A stretch of 64,000 nt of DNA, taken from Clostridia bacterium. Lineage in GTDB: Bacteria; Bacillota; Clostridia; Christensenellales; CAG-138. How positions within the stretch are numbered: position 1 is the first letter of the stretch; every line of letters starts with the position of its first letter. Under the pieces are notes generated by a model. It saw only the letters and a list, made by a program, of their open reading frames with translations. It made no database searches and had not been told where the DNA came from. This document shows, in pieces, positions 1 through 9,231 of the stretch. The translations under genes were made by a program, and so were the position numbers. The DNA is taken from the NCBI GenBank assembly GCA_017619735.1, contig JAFZRT010000020.1:2622-66621 (forward strand). The letters are read 5' to 3'.

Positions 1-581
1 TCCCTGTATTTTGTCGTTGCGGCAGAAATGATCACGCCGACGCCCATGCCAAGTATCGCCATCTGCAGAATAAGCACAGGGGCCATGAGTACGTATGCGT
101 TGATACCGATCTTATACTGCGGGATAAACAGGTATATGACGAGGAACACTATGAACATAACGGCCTGTATTCCGAAGCTGATCATTCGACTGAGCACGGT
201 GGAAATGGGCACGCACAGTCTCGGAAAATAGACCTTGCCCATCATGCCTCTGTGCAATACGAAAGTATTTGCCGTTCCGGAAAGACAGCCGGCAAAGAAC
301 TGCCATGCGATATTGCCGCACATATAGAACAGGAACGTCGGAACAGCGCCGCAGTCGGCCAGCTTTGCAACGTTTCCGAAGATAAATGTAAATACTATGG
401 TCGTCAGCAAGGGCTGTATGATCGCCCATGCCGGTCCCAGTATCGTCTGCTTGTATCTCGAAACAAACTCCCTCTTTACAAGGAGGAATATCAGGTCACG
501 ATACTTCCAAACCTCCTTGAAATTGAAGCCGATGCCCTTTGCATCCGCCGATATCAGTTTGTAATGGATTCCTTTTTTCAC
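1..581 (-). CDS. ABC-2 type polysaccharide/teichoic-acid export permease (Wzm/TagG-like); the 3' end runs off the left edge
   Basis: Absent from the supplied ORF track because there is no stop inside the window. My own minus-strand translation from GTG at 581 (alternative GTG at 623; GGAAAGGAAAA upstream) gives VKKGIHYKLISADAKGIGFNFKEVWKYRDLIFLLVKREFVSRYKQTILGPAWAIIQPLLTTIVFTFIFG... This is the typical N-terminal signature of ABC-2 Wzm/TagG permeases. Hydrophobic helices continue to position 1. Confidence 0.75.
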   Translation of the reverse strand, partial: MKKGIHYKLISADAKGIGFNFKEVWKYRDLIFLLVKREFVSRYKQTILGPAWAIIQPLLTTIVFTFIFGNVAKLADCGAVPTFLFYMCGNIAWQFFAGCLSGTANTFVLHRGMMGKVYFPRLCVPISTVLSRMISFGIQAVMFIVFLVIYLFIPQYKIGINAYVLMAPVLILQMAILGMGVGVIISAATTKYR

Positions 582-636
582 ATCCGTTTTCCTTTCCGTG
601 CCGCGGGTTTCTCGATCATTCACCGATCATCCAGCG

Positions 637-1704
637 TCACCGTTTTCGAAAATCGCCCATCGTCTTCTTTATCGCGACCGCTATTCCGTGACGGATCCTC
701 GTTTTTATTCTTTTTATGCGCAGCCGCCGGCTTTTTAGGTTATAAAGAAGCATGCCGTATTCGTTGTCCCAGATCCTCTCCGAAAGCCGGTGAGAATCGA
801 TCCAACTCCGGAAATCGCGGCAAACGGAGTCCGTTTCTTCCATAGACGCGCAGCTTATCTTCTCCCTTGCAAGAACCATGTGCAGAAAAAGCAGGATATC
901 GTCCGATCCGCCAAAGGGAACAAGCGCGTCCTCGATTTTGTCGACTATCTCCGGGATATGAGCGACCCGCTTCAATCTGCGTCCGGCGTTGCCTTCATCT
1001 CCCGCCTGGCGGTAACGGTAGATCGGTTCACGGCAGAAACAGATCTTCCCGCACTCCGCCATAAGCCGAAGTGAGAATTCAAGATCCTCATAGAGGAACA
1101 TGTCCTCCCTGAGCCGTATCCCCGTTTTCTCAATTATACTCCTTCTTATGAGTTTATTCCAGAGCGGGCTTATCGCATTGTCTTTGAACAGCGGGTACAG
1201 TTTATTGCTGCATTCGTCAAATGAAACCGTCCCCTCGATGCCAGGGAGCGCGATATCCCTTCGGTATATCCTGTCCCCGGAATAGTAATCGAACGACAAC
1301 CCGAATACCGCCATGTCGACCGGGTCGCCCTCCGAGACAGTCCGCATGAGTTCCGCCAGCTTCACCGGCTCGACCGTGTCATCGGAATCGACGAAAAGCA
1401 CGAATGTGCCGGCTGCGGCCTGCAACCCCGCGTTTCTTGCAGCTGAGACTCCCTTGTTGGGTTGGTGGACGACGAGTACCTTACAGCGATCCGTGCTTTC
1501 AGTTTTCGCAATTATATCGCAAAGCTCCGATGATCCGTCCGAAGAACCGTCGTCGACAAGTATGATCTCACTCACGATCATTGCGCCGCAGTGATCGTTT
1601 ACCGCGATAACGGACGCAACGCAGTTTTCCAAATGATCCTTGCTGTTGTAAACCGGGATGATGACGCTCAACGATTCCATTTTTTGACCTCTCAGCGCTG
1701 CCAC
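637..1704 (-). CDS. Glycosyltransferase family 2
   Basis: SVIIPVYNSKDHLENCVASV ... LVDDGSSDGS ... FVDSDD motifs (GT-A fold, DxD). The likely true start is ATG at 1680 (MESLSVIIPVYN). Confidence 0.85.
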   Translation of the reverse strand: MAALRGQKMESLSVIIPVYNSKDHLENCVASVIAVNDHCGAMIVSEIILVDDGSSDGSSELCDIIAKTESTDRCKVLVVHQPNKGVSAARNAGLQAAAGTFVLFVDSDDTVEPVKLAELMRTVSEGDPVDMAVFGLSFDYYSGDRIYRRDIALPGIEGTVSFDECSNKLYPLFKDNAISPLWNKLIRRSIIEKTGIRLREDMFLYEDLEFSLRLMAECGKICFCREPIYRYRQAGDEGNAGRRLKRVAHIPEIVDKIEDALVPFGGSDDILLFLHMVLAREKISCASMEETDSVCRDFRSWIDSHRLSERIWDNEYGMLLYNLKSRRLRIKRIKTRIRHGIAVAIKKTMGDFRKR

Positions 1705-2792
1705 AAGAACCGATACGGCATATACACGGATGAATTATTGACCGTCGTCAGGAATCGCCATATCGCAAAAGCGCAAACGACTACCGTCGCGTAATCCAAC
1801 AGCTTTTCGTTCTGCACCAGATTGCCCTGCGATCTGGTCTTTCCTCCCTTTTCGAAGATCGAAGGGATCAGAATAATCGAAGTATGGAAATAGTAGTCCG
1901 CCAAACGCTCGAAGATATTGTTGTAACCGCAGAATGTCTGGAAAATGATCGCAACGCCCAAGAACATCAGTAAAGAGTTGTATAAAGAAAACTCCCGCTC
2001 CGGCGGCCTAATAAAGACCGCGAAAACCGCAAGAGCTATCATGATCAGCACTTTATTGCGCAGGAATCTGATACCTTCCATAGTTACTCCACTGTCTCCC
2101 TCGCCATACGCCCTTAGCATAAGTGTAATCAATTGATCCCTGAACGCATATGTCAACACAAGCAGGACCGCCAGCAGAAGCAGATAATTCCTGCCGATCC
2201 TCATCCGGCCTATCCAGTATGCGGGCAGAAAGACCAGCGCCGGGAAATGGAACGCAGCGGCAAGCACCGTAAGTATGATGAACTTTATAGGTTTCTTCTC
2301 CATTATCCCGTCGAATGCAAAGAGCAGTATTGCCATTGCGATCCCCTGTTTCAGCGCATCGAACAGGAAGGGGTAGTACAGCAGCCCCAGAAAGCACAGC
2401 ACGCTCTGGATAGGGGAAGGAGCATACTTCAGAATAAAGCGCGAGTACGAGATCATTACGAACAGAGAAATGATCGTAACAAAGGCCTGATAGTTTCCTT
2501 CTGTCAGCACATAGATCAGCTTTGTAAGGTAGTTGAATCCGATATTATAGTTTTTTAAGCTCTTGCCGCCTATCGCTCCCCATGCTGTATTGCCCTCACG
2601 GCGGAAAATGATAGGATACGACCCATGAGTTCCCGATGCATCGCTTCCGAAGGCATTCACGTCCCTCAAGCCCATCACGATAAAGAGGAGCAGGAACGCG
2701 ATTATCATGAATTGCGTACTGCGCTTCTGATTGCCGCGGAACATCAGCGCCGCGGCAACGAGCAATATTACAAGCCATGTGTATGCTGTCAT
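1692..2792 (-). CDS. EpsG-family polysaccharide polymerase-like polytopic membrane protein
   Basis: 366 aa and highly hydrophobic, with multiple TM helices and a GLRDVNAFGSD...Y segment resembling the EpsG/Wzy-type signature. A 4-nt ATGA overlap links it to the upstream GT4 gene. Confidence 0.65.
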   Translation of the reverse strand: MTAYTWLVILLVAAALMFRGNQKRSTQFMIIAFLLLFIVMGLRDVNAFGSDASGTHGSYPIIFRREGNTAWGAIGGKSLKNYNIGFNYLTKLIYVLTEGNYQAFVTIISLFVMISYSRFILKYAPSPIQSVLCFLGLLYYPFLFDALKQGIAMAILLFAFDGIMEKKPIKFIILTVLAAAFHFPALVFLPAYWIGRMRIGRNYLLLLAVLLVLTYAFRDQLITLMLRAYGEGDSGVTMEGIRFLRNKVLIMIALAVFAVFIRPPEREFSLYNSLLMFLGVAIIFQTFCGYNNIFERLADYYFHTSIILIPSIFEKGGKTRSQGNLVQNEKLLDYATVVVCAFAIWRFLTTVNNSSVYMPYRFLWQR

Positions 2793-3925
2793 TGGTTCAA
2801 AAGCTCCTCGAAAAATCGCTCAGTGGCGTCCGTCAGTTTATCAGCGGAGAAATCCATGCCCCGCGCAGAAGCCGACTGCGCATACTTATCCCTTGATCCG
2901 GCGTCCGCCAGCATGCGCTTCAATCCGCAATAGAACTCTTCGTCGTCATCACCGACTATCAGGCCGTATTCCGAAGCTCCGAGCAGCTCACGCATGCCGG
3001 ATACGTCCGTGGTCACTATGGGTTTGCCGAGTATCACTCCCTCGGTCATGAATGTGCTGTACCCCTCGTAGATCGAGGAGCAGGCCAGAAGATCCGCCTC
3101 CCGCATAAAGGGATAAGGATTCTGCACGAATCCCGGCATCAGGACGGAATCGGATAAACCGTTATCAGTAACGAACCGCTCGAGCATCGGCCTTTCGGGG
3201 CCTTCACCGAGTATCCAGACGTCATGCTCCAGCCCCTCGTCCAAAAGCCTCTTGTGTGCCTTGAGGAGGCGTGTGAATCGCTTCTGCGCTGTGAATCTTC
3301 CCACTGAGAGCACGGTGAATCTCTTTTTTCGCACTCCGTCGGGCAGCGGCAGCTTTGCCTTTTCTCTTATTGCCGCGTCGTCGATAACGTTGTAGATCAC
3401 ATCTGTATCGAAACGGCCGCAGAACAGCTCGTCGAATCGGTCCTTCACGGTCTGCGAGACGCATATCACCCGATCGAACTTATCATACCATAACGCGGTC
3501 TTTTCCGCAAACGCCTTCGTGTCGGAAACCGCGCGTGTAAGATCGCAGTGCACCCAAGCAAGCTTCTTCGCTTTTTTGTTGGTGGAGGCGGATATCACCT
3601 TTGTCGATCCCATTTCAAGGTATGCGCACTCGATATCACTGTTCGGCCTGATGTGCAGCCTGTATGCAAGACCGCAAGCCGCTTCCAGTCTGTATCGGAA
3701 GCTGTTGAATCTGCTGCGGGACGGATACATCGATCTGTATCGGACGCCCGGCGCAAGGCTGCGCGCTGCGCCGCTCGGCCAAACGGTCATCACCGTGACG
3801 TCAAATCTTGTCAGATCCATATGGTCGACCAGATCGCGGAGGACCTTTTCGGCCCCGCCGCCTTCCAGCGTCTCTATGAAAAACAATACTTTTATCATCT
3901 GTTTCAGTACTATTGTGGAGTGCAT
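2789..3925 (-). CDS. Glycosyltransferase family 4 (GT-B)
   Basis: N-terminal FFIETLEGGGAEKV and C-terminal SSIYEGYSTFMTEGVILGKPIVTTDVSGMRELL (E-x7-E type motif). The start could instead be ATG at 3898. Confidence 0.85.
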   Translation of the reverse strand: MHSTIVLKQMIKVLFFIETLEGGGAEKVLRDLVDHMDLTRFDVTVMTVWPSGAARSLAPGVRYRSMYPSRSRFNSFRYRLEAACGLAYRLHIRPNSDIECAYLEMGSTKVISASTNKKAKKLAWVHCDLTRAVSDTKAFAEKTALWYDKFDRVICVSQTVKDRFDELFCGRFDTDVIYNVIDDAAIREKAKLPLPDGVRKKRFTVLSVGRFTAQKRFTRLLKAHKRLLDEGLEHDVWILGEGPERPMLERFVTDNGLSDSVLMPGFVQNPYPFMREADLLACSSIYEGYSTFMTEGVILGKPIVTTDVSGMRELLGASEYGLIVGDDDEEFYCGLKRMLADAGSRDKYAQSASARGMDFSADKLTDATERFFEELLNQ

Positions 3926-4003
3926 TCTCGAAAGTGTGATTATTGATGCATCCCCTCCGCAAAGGCGTTATCATGATGCATCGACCGTTGCCGATTCCGT
4001 CCG

Positions 4004-4897
4004 CTACTTCAGCGGAATCATTTTCTTGATTTTCCTTAATACTCGGTAGCTTATTGCGCCAAGATCATAAATCCATAAGTATGCCTTCGCAATCTTTGTT
4101 TTGAAAAGAAACCTGCTTATCCTTGAGCTCTTGCCCAAAAACGCTTTCATTCTGCCGATTTCAAATTTGTAAAGGGACTTCCGGGTACAGTAATTGCTCC
4201 AATGTAAAAGGCTGAAGTTGTGAGGATCACCTCTGCGTTTGGCGATCCCTTTTACAATATCAACTGTAACATCTTTGGGTTTTGGCGCAAACAACAGTTC
4301 TTGCTTGTTAAGCGGCCTGCAGCCGCATACAGCCATACCAAGAGCAAGTACAGGCTCGTCCGCGGGTTTGGAAAAACCCGCGAACTCATAGTCATAATAA
4401 TGATCAGCACAATACTGTGCAATGCGAAAAACCTCGGCGCATTTTTCCGTATTGCGCAAATAATAGAGTCCGCCGTTATATGTCGGAACGAAAGAGATCC
4501 TGTCAGCGAACTCCTTCATTCCCTTTGGATGAAACCACCCATGTTTTGTATCCATGTCTTCAATAGCATATCCAAATACAGAGAAATCACCTGCCGTCTC
4601 GAATAATTCCCACCACTCATCTATGTTCCCATACACCAAACAGTCTGCGTCAATAAAAATCGTTTCTTCGAAAGGAATGAATTCATAGAGACGCAGCTTA
4701 TCCATATAGCTGTTTGACGGATGATCCATCAGAATAACTTTGTCGAATGCCTCTGTATACTCGTTCTTCCTGTCGCAAATAACGGCAAACGGATACTTCC
4801 CCGCATTCATACGATAAGAGCAGAGGAGATTGTTTGCAATCTTATAATAAAGTTCATTCCCTGTCGCTATTGTGACAAAGCCTCTCGTCGCTGTCAT
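4004..4897 (-). CDS. Putative GT8-like nucleotide-diphospho-sugar transferase
   Basis: FVTIATGNELYY ... IFIDADCLVYGNIDEWW (DxD in a GT-A-like context). I moved the start to ATG 4897, which is preceded by GGAGGGAG. The track ORF extends to 5044, which would overlap the upstream gene. The gene is visibly AT-rich. Confidence 0.55.
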   Translation of the reverse strand: MTATRGFVTIATGNELYYKIANNLLCSYRMNAGKYPFAVICDRKNEYTEAFDKVILMDHPSNSYMDKLRLYEFIPFEETIFIDADCLVYGNIDEWWELFETAGDFSVFGYAIEDMDTKHGWFHPKGMKEFADRISFVPTYNGGLYYLRNTEKCAEVFRIAQYCADHYYDYEFAGFSKPADEPVLALGMAVCGCRPLNKQELLFAPKPKDVTVDIVKGIAKRRGDPHNFSLLHWSNYCTRKSLYKFEIGRMKAFLGKSSRISRFLFKTKIAKAYLWIYDLGAISYRVLRKIKKMIPLK

Positions 4898-4955
4898 CAA
4901 AGCTCTCCCTCCGTTAAACAAGTGATGCCAACCGACAGAATAAACCGGTTGCGTT

Positions 4956-6086
4956 TCATCTGTTCCGATATTCCTTCCGTGCTGATGCTTCCCTATAGAT
5001 ACTGTATATCGGGGCATATGCCGTCTTATTGCTGTACCCGGCATCTTCGATCTTCAGCGAATACCGTTTCGGATCGACCCGTTTTGCATTGGTCAGCGCT
5101 TTGCGCCATGCCGCCTCGTCGTCTAGGGGAAGCGGCTGTACAAGATCCGTCAGTATCGCGTCGTCCGGGATCCTGTCGGATATTATGCAGGGAAGGCCGT
5201 TTGCCTGCGCCTCGATCAGCGCAAGCGGCGTCCCCTCCCTCAGAGACGGGAACGCGAATACGTCCATCGCGCTCAGGCACTCGTTCGCATTCATGACCCC
5301 TCCGCAGAAAAGAACAGCTTCGGTCACGCCGCATTCCTTCGCCGCCCTCTTCAAGCGTTCAAGCTCCGCTTCTTCGCCTCTGCCGAGGAGCATTAGCCGC
5401 GCATTCGGGATGGTCTCCCTAATCTTCGGGAGCATCCTGATCAGGAACTCCTGATTCTTCAGCCGCAGAAGCGTGCCGGCATGTCCTATTACGAACGCAT
5501 CCGACGGTATGCCGTACTTCTCACGGATAGCGCTTCGATCCCCCTCTGAATAAGCGAACGCGTCGGTATCTATGCCGTTGCGGATCACGCGTCCGCGCTT
5601 TGCGAACGCCTTCGCGCCAAAGAGCCATTCGCCCGCCTCAACTCCGCATGCGAGCAGATCCGTAGCGGACCACAGTATCGCCTTCTGCATGAATCGCTCA
5701 TAGAGCTTCTGCGATCTGGAGACCCTTTTCTCCGTCTTTGTGGTATGCGAATGCGCTATCCTGACGGGCACGCCCATGAGCTTCGCAACGCCGAGGTTTA
5801 TTCCAGAGTTGAACATCGTGTGCGAGTGGACGACGTCATAGCGGTTCTCTTTGATCAGTTCCCTCAGCTTCCGAACGTACGCGCGATAACCCGAAGCGGG
5901 TACAGGCGCGGTCAAAACCTTTCCGCCCCGCGCTTCGATCTCGCGGCCGTAAACGTTCTCATGGCCCTCAAACACCAAGTAATGAAATTCGAATTCACCC
6001 TCCGGAGCGTTGGTGCTAATGTTTGCCGCCACCCGCTCCGCGCCGCCCATTTGAAGGCCGCCGGGTATGATAAGGATCTTTTTCAT
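4956..6086 (-). CDS. Glycosyltransferase family 4 (GT-B)
   Basis: MKKILIIPGGLQMGGAERVAANIS ... FPSLREGTPLALIEAQANGLPCIISD. I moved the start to ATG 6086; the first 73 codons of the track ORF look like non-coding read-through. Confidence 0.85.
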   Translation of the reverse strand: MKKILIIPGGLQMGGAERVAANISTNAPEGEFEFHYLVFEGHENVYGREIEARGGKVLTAPVPASGYRAYVRKLRELIKENRYDVVHSHTMFNSGINLGVAKLMGVPVRIAHSHTTKTEKRVSRSQKLYERFMQKAILWSATDLLACGVEAGEWLFGAKAFAKRGRVIRNGIDTDAFAYSEGDRSAIREKYGIPSDAFVIGHAGTLLRLKNQEFLIRMLPKIRETIPNARLMLLGRGEEAELERLKRAAKECGVTEAVLFCGGVMNANECLSAMDVFAFPSLREGTPLALIEAQANGLPCIISDRIPDDAILTDLVQPLPLDDEAAWRKALTNAKRVDPKRYSLKIEDAGYSNKTAYAPIYSIYREASARKEYRNR

Positions 6087-6133
6087 TTTGAATGACCTTC
6101 GCCCATCTGTTGCATTTGCGGCAGTTGCCGTGT

Positions 6134-7132
6134 TCAATCTTCGGCGCCGCGGGTAAGCTTCCACGCCATAGCGTCGATCACCAGTGTGAGATACAGCCGC
6201 ACCGGCAGAGTGATAAGTCTGCAGTAGGTTGTCTTGGGATACTTCATATGCTTCCCGTTGATCCTTCTGCACAGCCGCATCAGTTCCTTTTGACGGCAAA
6301 ACCAACCCTTTCTGTCTTGGATCATCAGCTTGGCGTCGTGATAGATCCCCCTGCAGTGACCGAAATCTATCGCTCTGCGGTAGCTGTCCTTTTCCTCGTC
6401 CGGTATTCTTGCCTCTGCAAGCTTTCGATCGAGATACGAGTCGGCGATATCGAACTGCCTGTCCAGATCTTTATGCCTTTTTCGCGACAGGGAGTTTTCA
6501 TTTTGCGTATCGAGTACATACCCGACGTATCCGTATCCTGCAGCGCTTTTGGCAAAAAAGGAATAAACGATATTGAATACCCTGTCCTCTCCCACGGAAG
6601 CGCCTTCAGGAAATCTGATATTATGCTCTTCGATTATGGAACGCTTATACAGCTTTGCCCACGGACCGTTGATCGCTTTGCTGCAGATATCATTTACTAT
6701 ATGCGGCAGCAATTCCTCCCTGGAACGGTAACTGAAACGCCCGCACGTGTTTTCTTTTTTTTCCGTTCCGTTATCGACGCAGACCGAAAACCTGATCCAG
6801 TCCGCATCCTCAGTATCGACCATCCGGTCGATGTTGGCGAACAGATCCGGAGCGACATGATCGTCGCTGTCAACAAACAGCACGTATTCTCCTGTCGCGG
6901 CGTCGAGTCCGGCATTCCTTGCCGATGACACCCCGCCGTTCTCTTTTTCAATATAGTGAACGCAATTATGCTCGGCGGCATACGCCTTGCAGATATCGCC
7001 GCTGGAGTCTTTGGATCCGTCGTTGACTAAAACGATCTCAATATCGCTTCGTTTTTGTTCCAACAAACTGTCAACGCAGCGGTTGATCGTTTTTTCTGCG
7101 TTATAGGCCGGTATGATTACAGAATACTTCAA
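6134..7132 (-). CDS. Glycosyltransferase family 2
   Basis: KYSVIIPAYNAEKTINRCVDSL ... LVNDGSKDSS ... FVDSDD. TTG start at 7132 preceded by GGAGG with a 6-nt spacer. Confidence 0.85.
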   Translation of the reverse strand: MKYSVIIPAYNAEKTINRCVDSLLEQKRSDIEIVLVNDGSKDSSGDICKAYAAEHNCVHYIEKENGGVSSARNAGLDAATGEYVLFVDSDDHVAPDLFANIDRMVDTEDADWIRFSVCVDNGTEKKENTCGRFSYRSREELLPHIVNDICSKAINGPWAKLYKRSIIEEHNIRFPEGASVGEDRVFNIVYSFFAKSAAGYGYVGYVLDTQNENSLSRKRHKDLDRQFDIADSYLDRKLAEARIPDEEKDSYRRAIDFGHCRGIYHDAKLMIQDRKGWFCRQKELMRLCRRINGKHMKYPKTTYCRLITLPVRLYLTLVIDAMAWKLTRGAED

Positions 7133-7162
7133 TCCTAACCTCCGAAATTTTACAACTCACGA

Positions 7163-8026
7163 TCATCCAAAATACAACTGACTGATATGTTTCTCCTCCT
7201 CCGTTATCTCCTCATAATTACGATTGAAATCCACTAGGATCGGATGATGTGTCCATACGCGCTTATTCTCAGGAGGAAGCGTCTTGTAGTCTCTGTAAGC
7301 AACGCTTAAGTATCCATCATAATCTTTAACAGCTTCGTATTCTTTGCCTTGGAATTCGATTCTGTGAAGATCGTCAAACAAGCCAGCAGGGTAAAGCTTA
7401 TTGCAGGAAACGGGGGTCGCCGGGAAGATAATATGATTGTTCTTTAAGTGATTCCAACGTCTGCCTCTTTTACCAAACCAAACGCTCAGTTTTCTGTATG
7501 CACATTTGGGAGTAATCATGAGAAGTGTCTTATCAATGATGCCCATTGCGCCTGGTTTTCCGCTCGGATAACCGCGGTTATAAAGAAGGCTCAGCAGAAA
7601 CTCGACCTTCTGTATCTTCCTGTTTAGTCTTCCGGATGCTTGACGGTCAGCCGGAAAAATATCCACAAAAAAGCCTTTATGAATGGAGCGAGTTCTTTCA
7701 AAGTCGAATTGCAGGAATGTAGTATGATCCTTGCGGATTTTTGTAAAGTTGTTTACACTATCATCTTCGACAGTCTCATCCTGAAGGATAAAGCCATTAG
7801 GAGGTGAGTTTCTCCAAATAGTTTTAAACTTTTCATAATCCTCTCTCGGCATCATGATATCGATATCATCGTCCCAGGGAATGAAGCCCTTGTGCCGAAC
7901 GGCGCCGAGCAGAGTACCGTAAGCGAGCGAATACCTGAGGCCGTTTTCCGTGCATACGCGGTCGATCTCGTCCAATATCTCCAGTTCGACTTTCCAGATG
8001 TCTTCAAGCTTAATGTTCTGATCCAT
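7163..8026 (-). CDS. LicD-family phosphotransferase (transfers a phospho-alcohol or phospho-amine from a CDP-activated donor to a glycan)
   Basis: YSLAYGTLLGAVRHKGFIPWDDDIDIMMPREDYEKF is the classic LicD/FKTN-type nucleotidyltransferase-fold motif. The gene is AT-rich relative to its neighbours. Confidence 0.8.
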   Translation of the reverse strand: MDQNIKLEDIWKVELEILDEIDRVCTENGLRYSLAYGTLLGAVRHKGFIPWDDDIDIMMPREDYEKFKTIWRNSPPNGFILQDETVEDDSVNNFTKIRKDHTTFLQFDFERTRSIHKGFFVDIFPADRQASGRLNRKIQKVEFLLSLLYNRGYPSGKPGAMGIIDKTLLMITPKCAYRKLSVWFGKRGRRWNHLKNNHIIFPATPVSCNKLYPAGLFDDLHRIEFQGKEYEAVKDYDGYLSVAYRDYKTLPPENKRVWTHHPILVDFNRNYEEITEEEKHISQLYFG

Positions 8027-8027
8027 T

Positions 8028-9167
8028 TTATTTTGCCGATCCTTCCTTGAGGATGAGTTCCCTTATCTCGTTCGATACGGATGAAACCTTGTAATCCTGT
8101 GCCTTTTTGCGGCCTGCTTCGCCCATGAGCATCCTCTCTTCGGTACCGCGGGACAGCAGGAGTATCGCATCCGCGAAGCCGTCCGCGTCTGCGGGCTCCA
8201 GCAGGACGCCGGTAACGCCGTCCTCCACCAGTTCGTCATGGCCGCGGTTATGCGACGCGACGACCGGCTTTTTGCAGAGCATCGCCTCGATAATGTTGAG
8301 TGGCATGCCCTCGCGGAAGCTGCAGGATACGACCAGATCGACGGCCGGGACGACGCGCTCGAGATCGGTGCGGTAGCCCAAGAGCTTGACCGTGTCCCGG
8401 AGCCCCGAAGCGGCTATCTGATCCCACAGAGCCTGCTCCGCGGAGCCGTTGCCGGCAAGCAGCACCTTGAGGTTCGGGATCCTGTCCGCGAGCTTCGCCG
8501 CGGCGGCAACGAGCGTTTTCTGGTTCTTGTTCTCGTTGAGCTCGCCGGTGCAGAGGATAACGAAATCGTCCGCGCCGAGGCCCTCCGCCTCGCGCATGAC
8601 GCGCTGTTCCTCCACCGTCGCGGGGCGGTAGCGCTCTTCATCGACGCCCACTCCGTGGATATGTGCTATCTCGGTACGGCTGCCGAACCGCTCCTTTGCA
8701 AGAGCATAGTCCTCCTCGTTGACCGTGATCAGGAGGTCACAGTACTTCGCCATGTGCTTTTCAATGGGATAGTACACGAGCCAGCCGGTCTTCGAAGCGC
8801 CCTTGAAGAAATGGAAGCCGTGGGCCATATAGACGACCCTCGTCCCCTGTTTGCGTGTCTTCTTCGCGGCGAGCCTCGTCACTATGCCGCCCATGGGCGT
8901 GTTGCAGAGTATCACGTCGTAGTGCTCCTCCGCGAGCAGCTTTTTGAGCTTTCTGTAGGCCTTCAGGTTGTTCGGGCTCTTGGGCGAGCGGTCGAACGGT
9001 ATCTCCATGAATCTGTCGCAGTTTTTGAGCTGCAGGCCGTTCTTGACGGCAAGATTGTCGTGCGCGGCGGCGTGCACCTCCCAGCCCTGCTCCCGAAGCA
9101 TCTTCATGTGCGGCAGGTGGAACTGGCAGATATGGCTCAATACGGTTGCGGTGTAGAGGATCTTCAT
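8028..9167 (-). CDS. Glycosyltransferase family 4 (GT-B)
   Basis: SFREGMPLNIIEAMLCKKPVVASHNRGHDELV (E-x7-E) and a GT4-type N-terminal domain. Confidence 0.85.
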   Translation of the reverse strand: MKILYTATVLSHICQFHLPHMKMLREQGWEVHAAAHDNLAVKNGLQLKNCDRFMEIPFDRSPKSPNNLKAYRKLKKLLAEEHYDVILCNTPMGGIVTRLAAKKTRKQGTRVVYMAHGFHFFKGASKTGWLVYYPIEKHMAKYCDLLITVNEEDYALAKERFGSRTEIAHIHGVGVDEERYRPATVEEQRVMREAEGLGADDFVILCTGELNENKNQKTLVAAAAKLADRIPNLKVLLAGNGSAEQALWDQIAASGLRDTVKLLGYRTDLERVVPAVDLVVSCSFREGMPLNIIEAMLCKKPVVASHNRGHDELVEDGVTGVLLEPADADGFADAILLLSRGTEERMLMGEAGRKKAQDYKVSSVSNEIRELILKEGSAK

Positions 9168-9231
9168 TGTAATCGGTCCCTGTTTGTATCAGTAAATGAT
9201 CTGTTCTCATCTGCTGCCTTGGCTACTGCAG

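Noticed and set aside
28-845. Track ORFs 28-231(+), 112-429(-) and 252-845(+) at the left edge.
   Set aside because: They have no motifs and odd composition. They overlap the convincing ABC-2 permease frame on the minus strand, which is open to the window edge, and the 3' end of the GT2 gene.
4898-6305. N-terminal extensions in the track for several genes. Examples: 4004-5044, 4956-6305, 32067-33308, 37677-39482, 45599-46216, 49035-50228, 51691-52608 and 52491-54587.
   Set aside because: The extensions are Arg/Pro/Gly-rich, overlap neighbouring genes or regulatory elements, and precede internal starts that have proper RBSs and canonical family N-termini. I trimmed the starts accordingly.
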